Position numbers and translations under genes: made by a program. Positions 1 through 14,143 of a stretch of 64,000 nucleotides of DNA are shown here, one piece after another; within the stretch, counting starts at the first letter, position 1, and each line of letters opens with the position of its first letter. Location of the stretch: contig OX597817.1 of NCBI GenBank assembly GCA_951406725.2, positions 116,064,001 through 116,128,000 on the forward strand. The letters run 5' to 3'. This DNA comes from Octopus vulgaris. Its lineage: Eukaryota. Below the pieces are notes generated by a model that worked only from the letters and a program-made list of their open reading frames with translations, did not search any database and was not told the DNA's origin.

Positions 1-43
<43 letters not shown>

Positions 44-193
44 ATGAGGGTGTCTAAAAGACACCAACATGCCAAATAGCAGTCGAAACACTGACTATAG
101 TACCACGTTAAATATATCGCACCATGAGGTAAAGCGGAGGGACAAAACATACAAGCAAAAATTATTGAATAATTCAAGATCCAAGGATTTCTG

Positions 194-529
194 GTTCTGC
201 TTTAGATAAGCTTTACCGTCATCAATTGAATATATCAAGGGTACATAAATACAGATATATATATGCACAGCAAAGGATATACTTACATACACGAGCGTCG
301 CACATACATACATATGCACGTATGGACACAGCCAGTCTGAATCGCCCGCCAAATCACCGCATAAGTACGATATGGTTATCAAAGAAATACCTTACAAAGG
401 TAAAAAAAATTTTAACAATTAAAAATGTTCTGCTTTAGATAAGCTTTACCGTCATCAATTGAATATATCAAGGGTACATAAATACATATATATATATGCA
501 CAGCAAACGATATACTTACATACACGAGC

Positions 530-531
<2 letters not shown>
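194..531. repeat. 105-bp direct repeat (194-298 and 427-531)
   Basis: GTTCTGCTTTAGATAAGCTTTACCGTCATC...CATACACGAGCGT occurs twice, 233 bp apart, with 2 substitutions. Confidence 0.9.
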
Positions 532-590
<59 letters not shown>

Positions 591-669
591 GCTGTCTCTA
601 TAGATACATACATGCATGTTTGTATGCATGCATGTATATTTGTATGCATGTATCTATATCCCCCTATCT

Positions 670-1050
670 CTCTATATATATAATAGAGATGTGTGTGTAT
701 TCGCTTTTCACGTGAAAACGGCTTAACGAATTACGTCCATACTTGTGATGCATGAATAATTAAAGCACTGACATATAGTAGGGTTTTAATTTGATTTTTA
801 AAAATAAAATATTGCTTTCAATTTATGATTCACTTCTTAAAAAAGGTTTCTCAATGTCAACTCCTGGTATGGACATAAAATCGACGAGATCTCTCATTCT
901 CTATTTTAATGTTCGCTATTTGTAAACAACGACGATAAATTACTGAAAGAAATATTTATGAAGTTCACAAATTTAAATATTCGGTACAAGATAGCTTTTA
1001 ACGCGCTTTTATTTATACAATTTTTCATTCCATGTTTACCTCATTCATTG

Positions 1051-1104
<54 letters not shown>

Positions 1105-2750
1105 GACACACACACAGTGAAAGGGTGTGTTGTCATTTATACGTACATGCATAAATACATACGCATACATAATTTTTCTATGCATGTGTGCATGTGTGTG
1201 TGAGAGCGAGTAATGTCTAAGAGGCACTCTCTCTCTCTCTCTTTTTCTCAGACACAGAGAAACGCACACACGTACACATACGTACAAGGAAGATGTATGC
1301 CTATTTATCTATATATGTACGTATACATGACAACAAACACCTTCACTCACTCTCTCTCTCTCTCTGACATACAAAGATATGTCCATTTCATCTGATGACT
1401 GATACTGTATGTATATGTATCTGTGTGTGTGTATGCGTGCGTGCGGCATTCCACAATCTTCAGAAAAAAAGCAGAGGAATTTTCTCTCTTGATGCTCCTG
1501 GTGGCACAGGTAAAACATTTGTAACATTGCTTCTTCCCAAGGTAAGGTAACGAAACAAAATTGCAGTTGCAGCCATCAGGGGGGCGAACAGCTCATTCTG
1601 TTTTTAAATTACTTCTAAACATGGTCACAAATGACAAGCCACTTTGTAACATAAGCAAAGATTCAGGATCAGCAGAAGTGTTGTGCTTCTGCCATCACAT
1701 CATTTGGGATGAATGCACCATGTTACATAGAGGTGCAATAGAAGCTCTTGGTAAGACCTTACAAGACATCAGAGACAACAATAAATCTATGGGAGAAGTT
1801 ATATTAGTTTTATCAGGAGACTTCAGACAGACATTACCAGTCATTCCGAGACGAGCAAGATCTGATGAAATAAAAACGTGCATCAAGTCTTTACATCTAC
1901 GGAATAAACTAATGGAATTCTCCTTCAATACTAACGTGCGAGCTTTATTAGATAGGGACCAATGTGCAAAATAGTTTTCAACCTGACGCCTCCAATTAGG
2001 AAATGGGAAAGTAGCATTTGATGGGAATGGTGATACCAGTTTGGCTCATATTGCTATCATGGTGAATTCCCAAGCTGAATTGAAGACCAGTATTTACAGG
2101 CTTAAGTAACAATTATAATTCACATAAATGGTTGTGTGAAAAGGCACTTCTTGCTAAAAAAAAACGAGAAAGTAGTAAGAATTAACCATGAATTAATATA
2201 TATGATTCTAACAGTCATTAAGAAGGACAAATGAGTTGATTCAATCCTTGATGAAAACCAAGCTGTCCATTATCCAACAGAGTACCTTAAGCCACCAGGA
2301 ACTCCTATACACAACTTTTTTCTGAAGGTAGGAGTTCCAATAATGCTACAAAGAAATTTAGATCCTCCTAAATTATGCAATAGGGCAAGACTGATTGTGA
2401 AGACATTACCAACTAATGTGACAGAAGCTACCATCATCAACAGATGTGCCTCTGGGGAAGAGGTTTTCATTCCAATAATTCAAATCGAACCAACGGATAT
2501 GCTATTGAAGTTCAAATGAACACAAGTCATATTGTGACATTGCTTTGCAATGTCTATTAATAAAGCCCAAGGTCAGTCTTTGAAATCTACTGGCTTGCTT
2601 TTCTCATGGTCACATTTATCTTGGTTGCTCCTGGGTAGGTAGTTTGTCTATGCTCCAAACCAGAAAACAAAGAATAATATTACCCAGAAGCTCTTACGTA
2701 ATTTCCTTCAATGTATGTGGTAGAATTTATCTCCTTTCATAAATGATGTA
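670..2750 (+). mobile_element. Decayed Helitron (boundaries approximate)
   Basis: TCTATATATATAATAGAG...AAAACGGCTTAACGAATT near 670-730 resembles a Helitron 5' end; a PIF1-type helicase pseudogene follows. No clear 3' hairpin/CTRR was found. Confidence 0.55.
1455..2700 (+). pseudogene. Helitron Rep/Hel PIF1-like (SF1B) helicase domain, disrupted
   Basis: Motifs in order across frames: DAPGGTGKTF (Walker A, 1491), GGRTAHSVFKL, IIWDECTM (Walker B), LSGDFRQTLPVIP, LKVGVPIMLQRNLDPPKLCN, FAMSINKAQGQSL (~2545-2582). Multiple stops and frameshifts. Confidence 0.92.
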
Positions 2751-2768
2751 AATTTTGAATTTTCCTTT

Positions 2769-2831
2769 ACTACTACTACTTCTTCTTCTTCTTCTTCTTC
2801 TTCTCCTCTTCTTCTTCTTCTTCTTCTTCTT

Positions 2832-2874
<43 letters not shown>

Positions 2875-2919
2875 CACCACCATTACTACTACTACTGCTA
2901 CCATCATCATCATCAACAA

Positions 2920-2976
<57 letters not shown>

Positions 2977-2984
2977 TATAATCA

Positions 2985-3015
<31 letters not shown>

Positions 3016-3020
3016 AATTA
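2769..3020. repeat. Compound trinucleotide microsatellite (TAC/TTC/TAC/CAC/TAC/CAT/TAT)
   Basis: Read directly from the sequence; it produces the spurious poly-amino-acid ORFs at 2708-3054. Confidence 0.97.
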
Positions 3021-3023
3021 TTT

Positions 3024-3260
3024 AAAGGATTCATGTAACTCCTCCAGAAAATAAAGAAACAATAAGAGCGCGACTGTTACCGAATCAACAATATTTCGAC
3101 ATCTCGTGTGTCTTCCACAAGTTAAAAATAAACATCACAATCTACTTCACTTTGGTAATATTTAAGCGATTGATGCTACTCCTCCAGAAAGTTCAATCGA
3201 TAACAGTCACACTCTTCTTATTGTTTGTTTACTTTCTGCAGGGGTAGCATGAATCCTTTT
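3024..3260. repeat. Fold-back element with ~60-bp imperfect inverted arms
   Basis: AAAGGATTCATG...GACTGTTACCGA (3024-3083) versus TCGATAACAGTC...CATGAATCCTTT (3197-3260). Confidence 0.8.
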
Positions 3261-4184
3261 AATATTATTATTATTATATTTATATTTGTATTCTCGTAGT
3301 CCTCTGGAGAATATATGCATTGCTGTATTTAATTGAGCTTCCTAATAATGTTCACTTCTTGTCCAAATGCCATCAAAATCCAATACGCATTTTGTTCATT
3401 CAGGGTCGATAAAATAAAGTATCCGTGATTAATTTATATTGTTACCCTTCTTTCTAATATCCCTATAATTTTGAAGCCTTGAATCTCTATAGTCAGTTAG
3501 TATTACGCAAAGGTGCAAATGTAACTATATGCCAAAGGTAATTTTACTGAAAATATAATAGTAACATGATCAGAACAGTTAGGATGAATTGTAATATTAA
3601 TTTTACCGGGTGAGGAATGATGAATTGTAAAGTTATTAGTGGCAGCTTTCGAATCTATGTCTTTAAAATACGTTATTAAAAACCGGAAAACATAATTGAT
3701 TTAGTGCATTAGTCCTTTCTGGAAAATTACTGGTAGATGTATTAATTATAAGGCTCGATTAATTACTATGTTCAATGAAATGTGAACTGCAATTAAATCT
3801 CATTAAAATATTGAAGATATATTAAAAATAAAAATGTTCATAGAATCCCGGTGAATCCCATTCTGTGCATTTTATATTAATTTGTTGAATTACATATTTT
3901 CTCCTCCACATTTTTATGTTCATCTAATTGCATGTTTTTGAAACGTGCTTCTCATCATGGTGCCAATTACTTCGTCTAAAATACAACCAACACATATGAT
4001 AATGTATTCAAATATAAAGAAGAAAATATTTAATGGTTGGGTACGGAAAATCTACTGTAATTAGTTGCTATGGACGATATGGATATTAGTTAAAGAAATA
4101 AAATTTACTTTTGTAAATTTCATACTATCTTAAAGTTACCTGGGCAGCCGAATTGTTTTGCATTTCCCATTTGTACAGATTGTA

Positions 4185-4207
4185 TTTCTCTCTCTCTCTC
4201 TCTTAAA

Positions 4208-4248
<41 letters not shown>

Positions 4249-4270
4249 TGTGTGTGTGTGCGCGCGTGTA

Positions 4271-4339
<69 letters not shown>

Positions 4340-4358
4340 GTCTATCTATCTATCTATA

Positions 4359-4421
<63 letters not shown>

Positions 4422-4422
4422 T
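4185..4422. repeat. Compound (TC)n/(TA)n/(TG)n/(TATC)n microsatellite
   Basis: Read directly from the sequence. Confidence 0.97.
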
Positions 4423-5740
4423 TATGGATATAAGTATATAAGCATACACACATTTTTGAGCGCGAGGATGAGTAATCGGAAATTTCAGTACGTCAAAGAA
4501 TACTATGAGTTTCCGTATTGAATTGCGTTTTATTCCAAGACGAATGCAGATATTTAGGAGAGAAATTTATATATGAAGGAATACTAGATCCTTCTTATTC
4601 GAGTTAATCATTTTGTCCAAGCTTGGTTAGTGCCGAAAGAAAGACATTAGCTCAAGAAGAGAAGAATGAATATAATATATAATAATATGGAGAAATTGTG
4701 AAATATCACGGTTGCGTCATGAAAGTTCGGTTACTAGAAATCTACGTGAAATTTTAGGAGTTATGTTTTGAATTAGCTCATAAAAGAATACAATGCGAAT
4801 GAAAGAATATCGAATAAATAACAGCTAAACAAATAAACGAGTTTAGCATTTGACTGAGATTACCTTTTTCCATTTATATGAGTGCTCACAGAATTGTGTC
4901 CCAGAGTATTCAGAAACTCCAAATTTAACAGGAGAAAGAAAATCCGGTTATGATATATTAGTGTTCTTTGGAAATAATAGATTGGATCTTGACATGTATT
5001 AAATTCTGGCATTTCAGGTTGAAATCCCTTTCGGAGTAAAATTATCATATTCACTTAGCACTATGAAGCATATATTTCAAGTGAAAGCAAGTCTGATATA
5101 ACTGCCTAACTCACGGTAAATATAGTAGAGATGAAGATATATTTAATGGAATTCACAAATTGAATAAAAATATCCATTGTTTTATATGTTTGAGAAAATA
5201 AGCTGTTGGTTAACACGACAATACTCTCTCGTTAATATTGATTCGCCGCGTTACACCGATTAACACATAAAATGTTATATATTCGAGGATGGAACGTAAA
5301 TTGAGCAAACTACGTACTTAAAATTATTCACATTGGTGATGTTCTGTTTGCCTTTCTATTATCTTTCGGTATTGATTGTTTAATAGTGTTTATTGAATCC
5401 GATGCTATTATATTATCTTGAAGTGATTATATCCTCGAGGGTAGCTCAATTTGTATAATGAATATTTCGTTTATAGCTAGTTCAGGCATGTTTTTCTACG
5501 TCATCTTTATCTTCATCTAGTATTGTATCTAGGAGGAATATTATTTTGAAAAGTTTCATTACCTACATATTTAATGGAGCATAATTCCCCGCATTTTGTT
5601 GATATAATCTTTAATTGCTAGAAAATAGGTTCTACTGTATACTCAGAAATAATTACATCTGAAACTCTCTCTAAATAATTCTTTACCTGTGCATTATGTA
5701 AATTACACTTGCATTTCACCAGATTTAGCTTTCACATGCT

Positions 5741-6280
<540 letters not shown>

Positions 6281-6665
6281 AGACAAACACAGTACGTGGT
6301 AATTTCAGTGTATTGACCTTGTTCGATGAATTAGTTGACTTCGTCGTCGAATTTGCGTGCAGTGTGGTTAACTACTGCACTTAGCTGTAACCACATAATA
6401 TAATTCTGATACAGAATTAGTGTTGAGCGATAGGGCAAGGCCGTTTTATTGTGCCGCAAGTTTTCTTCTACTCGGTTTTGCTCACAAGAACAAATATACG
6501 TCAGGCTATATTTACTTTGAGAAACAATTTAACGTTGGGTCATGACTAAATGCCTCCGGAAACCTCATCATATTGTATGCCTATGAGTGTTTATGTATGT
6601 ATGTATGTATGTATGTATGTATGTATGTATGTATGTATGTATGTGTGTGTGTATGCATGTATATA

Positions 6666-6872
6666 CGAGGGAGTGATGAATATTTCCTGGTTTTGGATAA
6701 AAGAAAAAAAAAGCGGTTCAGTTAATTATCATTTTATCCAACATATTCACACACTTATTACAGAAGGCTTTCAGCGTTTCTAAGCGCTGTAAAAGAACTG
6801 GGAAGATTGGGTCTTCGAGCAGGCTTTCGCGTTACCCTTAAATCTAGGTAACTTTCAGCACCACATTGCTTG
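6666..6872. mobile_element. Mariner-derived MITE, degraded
   Basis: TA-CGAGGGAGTGATGAATATTTCCTGG at the left and CTAGGTAACTTTCAGCACC at the right are degenerate inverted termini of the TACGAGGG type also seen at 53083. No coding capacity. Confidence 0.55.
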
Positions 6873-9800
6873 TACATATGCATGTATTATGTTTTACGTG
6901 TTAAGTTTGGAGTTTGTTGCTATGCCCATCACGTATGCAGGCCCTCTAAGACCAGTGAGGTTGATGCTAAATAAGACATGAATCAAGAGAAAATTAAGAA
7001 GGATGTTTCGAAGGAGAAAATTTGGGCAATGTGTCTCTACGTCATTGAGAGGAAGTGATGAAGGGCTGTACCATTTGATTAAGATAATGCATTGTGACGT
7101 CTGGTTTCGAGTAGAATACTGTCGTATACAAGAATGAGATTATGTTGGCATGTATACTGATTCAATCTTAAGGTCTGTACCAAGCATTTGAATAGATTAA
7201 AGCAATGTAGGCCTTTCATTGCTACTGATATGGACATTGAACGTACAACGTTAAAGTTGATCTTGTCAAGACTTAAATCTAGAATTCATTCGCAAAATGT
7301 TACCATTGTATATCGATTACTTGTATATGTATACGGTAATATCAATTATACATATGTAATGTAATATTTTTTGTTAACATTGCTCTTAAATAAATAGTAA
7401 ATGGAAATATTGACCGAAGTCTCAATTTATGGTATTAAAGCATTGCATCATAATAAACACCGCCGATGTAATTAGATTTTTCTAGGTAATGCACAGTTAC
7501 AGTGTTATTATTATGTAACTGGATAATGTGAAATATAATGTTTAGAGTTAGGATATAAATATACTAGATATCATTCAAAATAGACAAAAGGAATTTAAAA
7601 TAGTATAGATATTTTTAAGTCTAAGTTATATATCAGCTGCAAAATTATAATGGATTACATATGAAAATAATTGGAAAAATCAAACGAAAATATATGTCAA
7701 ATATTATACTCTTTACAACACTTAGTTTCATTATCTTGCTAACTTACTTATCTCTTCAAATAGTGTTTAAATAGTATTTGAATGGCTTAACTCCAACAAA
7801 TAGCAAACATATATACACTCAAATTAGAAACAACAGCTTTCTGATATTTAATCCTATAACATAAAAGAATTAACAACAAATTTTGCTCATAAACATTGAG
7901 CAAAAGCATTATTTATATAAATACAATTTAATGTACTTTCTTTGTTATTTTGAAAGTAGTGAAACTCTTTAAAACTACAATATTAAAAATAAGAAATTCG
8001 AATCCGTACATAATTTATTTTGTTACAATGTTTGTTTTAATTTAATTAGTGAGAATAATATCTATCATTCTCAAAATAATAGCTCATCTCGGAAACGCTG
8101 TAATCCTTCCAGAAATGTTTTACCGTTAAATCTCTCATTTTTCTCCAGCCTATGTTCATCGTTTAAGCAGAGACATACGGATTACTCCTTATTTAAACAC
8201 TTTGGATATTTGTTGGTGGTCCCTATATTCCCACATTAGAAATCTGTTCTACAGGCTTTCAAAAGAGTGCATTTCACGTATGAGCAAGTTGTGTTAAGTT
8301 GGTCGACGTCCATAACTAACTGTACACTTCATCTGGTAGGATTTAATGTCCTCCGTGTTGCACACAAGGCTCGGGTTAATCCATGGATATTTCATAAGGT
8401 TCATGTCCAAATGACTGCATGGCAGAATCAGATATGGTAACAGGTGCTTACAAAACGAACTTCTCAATCATAGAGCAATGACGTCATATGTTTCCACAAT
8501 AAATAAACAAGTTTTCATTTTAAAGGGCAAATAAAGTTGTTGATACTATTAAAGAATTCATATATCACAGCATTACAACTGAGCAACACTTTGCATTCAC
8601 TGAGTCATCATATATGAAAACAAAGAATAGATAAACCTTTTGGTCTAAATTTGTAATCAAGGTCATACTGAATTACATGACATATGTGGAACTGCAGCCT
8701 GCTCGATTCACAAGTATAAAGTCCATCGCTCCAGGTAAAGTATTCCTATTTATATGGATACTGAGTAAACTTGCATCTTCAACAATGAAGTAGTTTCATT
8801 GTACCAATAGCTAGTGTTTGAAAATATTTTCTTCTAGTTGTACGTCTTGATGTAAATCCATAAATTTATGAAAATCAGACAGGGGTTGGTATTACTAGAA
8901 AGAAGTGAAAACTACGCGGTAAAAGACTATCAGAAAATTATAGTTTCGATAGAGTAAAGGGTAATTAATAGATAAAGTATATGCTTCCCAAACATCGTAT
9001 GCTTAGTGATCTTTACTTGGGAAATGTGGACATGTGTTAAGTGTATATCATATATATTTTTGAAACAGAGCGCTCTAAACCAGCCGGACGTAAAATAAAT
9101 AATTTATCACAGCAACGAATGACGAAGCATACTGCAAAAATTAGTTCATGTTGATCATGTAGATAAAAGGTTTAATATAAATCTAAAATATAGCGGATAA
9201 CCACAGAGCTCAACGCCAGATTCTTAACTGTTCACAGTTTCCACTTGAAATATTCAAACTAAACCAAGAAGTTGCATTCAGTTTTGGCTTTTCTAATTGA
9301 AAATTTACAGCAACATCTACATGTAGTTCCACAATCGTGAAAAGCAAACCGAGGTGCCTTTTGGAGATCATTTAAGAATACAAACTTTGCCTCTCAAGGT
9401 TACCGTTGGATTGATCGTGCCGTGAAAGACATGATTAGAAGCCCGATATGCCGATTTTTTTTTTAACAGGGGTTAGAAAAACAGAAGGACCACTGCAATA
9501 AGTGTGTGAATCATAAGTAATCCTCCTGTATTTTCTATTACTACATGGTAAAAAAATACCGTGTGTGCATGCTGTCAAGTATTGTCTTTAAAAAAAACTG
9601 AAAACATTTGCCGACTGAAATTAAAAGTGTAATCTCATTGAGAATAGTGTATGGAAAATGGTTTTACAGTAAGATGAAATCGACAGTTCTACGCCGCTTT
9701 GAATGTAATAAATTACTTAGCTATAATTCTTAAAATAAGAAACTAATGCCTCGAGAAAGAAAACTAAGGTCTTATTTGAGAAAAGGATATTCATCTCCGA

Positions 9801-11365
9801 TCAGCATTATGCGGCATAACAATGACAAATAAAATTAAACCGTTGACCATAATAGGCATACACAAACATATCAAACTTCCTCAATCAAATGTATATTCAT
9901 GCATCTGCTCAAAATGTCTTCACCTCAAGAAACGCACACATGTGTAGGCACGAACACTCCAAGCAATTTATATAGTTCGAAGATCAACGCTAATGCAAAA
10001 CACACTCACACAAGCATATTTTTACTCCAATTCATCTAGATCAAAAGGTTTAAAAAGAAACACATTAGCAATGTTCTCTGCCGTAAGTAATAATATTAGT
10101 ATGTGCTTGTGTAACATATTGTCATAGCTGCATACATCACTGTGATTTAAAAAAAAAGCAAATCCTTAATTAGTTTAATAAATATATCCAGTAAGTATCA
10201 CTACATTTCGATTCCCCAAAACGTATTTAATCCCTTCGACGCTTCGATGTTGACCAAAGTAAAATTCAAACACTCATTAACCGGGATTAATCAGCCATAA
10301 AATTCAAAACATTTCCAAGAAACACTCCCATACATTTCTATGATTGCGAACTAGTTTATTCAGTGTAACAGATTTTATGAATAGAGACACCTAAACCATT
10401 ATAATAGCAAAAACAAACGCAACAAAATGAAATTCAAACATCTAAACTCAAACTTTCACCAAACGATTAAAATTAACACTAACAGGTTAATAAACAATTT
10501 AACCTTGAAAAAATGTATTTATATACACTCCAAATTTAAACAAATCAAAATTCAAAATACATGTAAATGGAATATGTCCATTACCAATAACGATAGGTGT
10601 GAATCTCAATGTGAAACATTCAAATCTTTCTGGCCTCGAAAGAGTTTTGGTTAAAGGGACGAACAGATTCAACAAATATGGAACCTAATAGATATAAACA
10701 TAAAAAGCATTTGAGCCACACGGAACCGTACATTATCAACACACTCAACGCTAAACAAAAGAAAGAAAAATGAGAAATCAGTAAAGGAAAATGAAAGTGA
10801 AATCCAAATAATGTATACAAACAAGAACTACACGACCATTATGGCATGATAGCGTGCTTGTGCCGTCAAAAATATCGATAGCTTTATTAATGATGCAAAA
10901 TGGTGCATCGGTACTATGGGAGAAACCATTGACAAATGTCTGTAATCGACTAAATATACGTACATACAAGGACTTGAAACACTTGAACAATTAGATATGG
11001 CTGCAATGTCTTGGTTAGAAATATCATCGTCTAAGTAATATACCAAGCATCCATTTTTCTATGCTCACATGGATTAGACAGATTCTGTTCAGCCATCGCG
11101 AACCTTCATCTGTTTGCAAGTTAATTTTACCATGCCCAGACATTATTACGTGAAAGGTTGGTATCAAAGAACACGTCGTGTATTACAGTGACACTCGTTA
11201 CAAATATTGTTGAATGCCAAGACAATGAGACAGTAAAACACAAATACATACATACATTCACACACTCACTATATATAAATATATTTATATACACATATGT
11301 GTGTGTGTGTGTGTGTGTATACAGAGATTAGTATTTAATTGTGTATATATATATATATATATATA

Positions 11366-11488
11366 TCACCGTGATCACCGTGACCGACCAGGCTATCAGA
11401 TGTTGCTACACATCGCTGGTCACAATGCGTTTCGCATTGTTTTAGCCTTTAAATGACGCCACCCTACTGGCTAAGTGAGCAGGCCAAT
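11366..11488 (-). mobile_element. Short retroposon 3' fragment (RTE-type LINE/SINE tail)
   Basis: GC-richer island between (TA)n tracts ending, on the minus strand, in short tandem CACGGT(GAT) tail repeats. Family assignment is from recall. Confidence 0.5.
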
Positions 11489-11562
<74 letters not shown>

Positions 11563-11664
11563 GAATAATTACTATGAAGCATTGTATAGAATACATCGTA
11601 TAAAGGATGGTAGGTAAGGCCAAAACAATGTGAAGTAAATGCAAGGCAAATCACAAGAAAACAA

Positions 11665-11789
11665 ATATGTGAATTAATGTAGACTTACCTTGTATCCCAT
11701 ACTTAGGGGTTATGATCCCATTTTCATGAAATAGACGAATGTTGCCGATGTGCGTGCCTGTGAGTGTAAGTCTACATTAATTCACATAT
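11665..11789. repeat. Perfect 24-bp inverted repeat with 77-bp spacer
   Basis: ATATGTGAATTAATGTAGACTTAC (11665-11688) and GTAAGTCTACATTAATTCACATAT (11766-11789). Confidence 0.92.
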
Positions 11790-13852
11790 GACTATATATG
11801 TGCTTGTGTGTGTGAAATTGAAAAAAAAATAATGTAATTTACAATAAAAATCTGCTGTTTGAATTTAATCAAAAAACAGCGACTTCAGAACAAGACCTCA
11901 GTACAGCTCACCTGCATTTAACATCTCTGACGATCACGCACTCACACCCCGTTTGCTATTTTAGTTTCCTTCTGTTAGCCTTACCGATGAGTAACATGTG
12001 TTTTATTATATCTAGGATAAATCTTCAACCTCGCGGAATCATGACGTTTCTCATCTAAATAATATTGTGACATGCAACTTAAGTGCATCATCAGCGTTCG
12101 CAGGACCTGCTATATATTTATATACATATACATACAGATGTAAACATACTCACACAAAGATGTATATAATATATATAATATATATATGTATGTCTGATGT
12201 ACATATATATAATATATTTACGCGCGTGCGATTGCGTGACTGCGTGCGTGTATACAGCATATTCCACTAATAGCGGTGTCAGCTGTTGTTGAACAGATTC
12301 TATGACTCCCTGTAAAGACCTAAGGGAGTGGTATAAAGCGGGAGGAATTATCCAAAGATAACACACCTCTTCCGAAGTCTCACAGCAGGATGTCGTGAAA
12401 CCCACCGTGATTTAAATGATAGAACTTGAACTGTTTCCATTTAGCCAATTTAACCTACGGATTTCAGTGGAAAAAAAACCAAAGAGTTTATAGTTCTTTT
12501 ATACAATAAGTCACATTTAGGAATTAATCATGCTATCTTGTATCACACGTCTTATTCACTGTCATGTCAGGAGACTAATGTACACACGGTCACACGTACA
12601 TACTCACTCACACGTATAAATTCATAAGCAGCATGCTTTGATTTTCACTTATGATTGTAGGAAACTAACGTTGCAATATGACTAATATGTACATTTAAGA
12701 ATATAATATAGTTAATAAATTTAGTTTCCCGAAGAACAGAGCAAGGTGAGTTGATACATTTTGTACTAAGAATTATTTTTTTTTCTTTTAAGCAAGTTCT
12801 AAAATATAATTAGATTATGTTCGTGTACGTGTATATTATCTTTGATACCATTTTGCTTTTGATATGTTCCCAGGAGATTGAATTATATATTATGTATTTT
12901 GTTTTAGAAGTGGCAATATATAAACTTCTGATGATTAAAGAAACAATAGAAAATACACTGATATCTTGGCAACCAGTATATCAAGAGGTGGAGATATGCC
13001 AACTCTAGGGGTTAGAGTCAATAATTAGTGCAGGGGATTCGTGATTCAACAGAGGAGGATAACATTGTATAATTGGTATGGGTTATTTGTCAGCGGTAAT
13101 GAATTTAAGGGAACCACGAACTCAATCGACCACTGTAAAGGAAGGAACTCTGGAATACTGATATGCTATCGTTGAGTTCTTGCGAAACTCAAATTAACTC
13201 ATAATTTAGAGCAAAGAAAAGCCATCCGTCAAATAGTAGAGAACGAGACTGTTCACTCTGACCGGGATGCCTTAGTAACATACGAGAAACTTAATGCAAT
13301 AGCCTTTACAGAAATTGCTAAGTGGGTAGAGCTATTAAGAAATAAGGTCAGCAAGCTTCAGGCAACATCATTCCAATGTTTCAGATTCTGAGAGCATGTG
13401 ATGAGGCGCTCAAATGTAATAGTAACTGTGGAGGGTTTTCGTTTTCTATTATGGAAAATATATTTCAAGTAGATCTCATAATACCGAGAGTAATGACAGT
13501 AAAACCGTTCCCACCAGACAAGGTTCTTCTGTCTAGAAGCATGGAGGCTAGAGTTGTGGCAGGACAGGCATGATGGTACTCACAAAAATGAAGAAACCAA
13601 ATACCAAAACATGATTATTAAAGCTCTTGTCAAAGGGGGACTATTAAGTTGGATTGTGCCTTTCTTTCAGCATCTTCAGTGCACTGTTTACTACAAAATT
13701 GTGGCTTAAATACCGAAGAAATCAAAGAAGCTCCCAGATCGAAATGACTGTGGTTGACAAGTGACTGCAATTGCTACATATCTGAAGGTATGTATATACA
13801 TATACACACACACACACACATATATATATATGCATCTACATCTACATCTACA

Positions 13853-13976
<124 letters not shown>

Positions 13977-14084
13977 CAAATGAAACACAGAAGGTGGAAT
14001 ATACGAGAATTTATTATTAATCACAATTCTTTAGATACATCTAGCATCTTTGAAAGTGACAGTGCCTTACATATATATACATAC

Positions 14085-14143
<59 letters not shown>

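Noticed and set aside
4860-5070. Exon-like minus-strand segment with AG and GT ends
   Set aside because: Reading from the putative acceptor hits stops, and no domain is recognisable.
8149-8440. Open frames after pyrimidine-tract AG sites
   Set aside because: Peptides of 50-60 aa without known motifs; cannot be supported without RNA data.
10778-11046. Non-repetitive ORFs of 70-72 aa
   Set aside because: No recognisable motif or splice context; lengths are compatible with chance.
11689-11757. Possible minus-strand coding exon THIGNIRLFHENGIITPKYGIQ with AG/GT boundaries
   Set aside because: The donor site is part of the 24-bp inverted repeat, the peptide is not recognised and there are no partner exons.
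13000-13775. Purine-rich tract that may be a very old LINE
   Set aside because: No convincing RT or endonuclease motif could be read.
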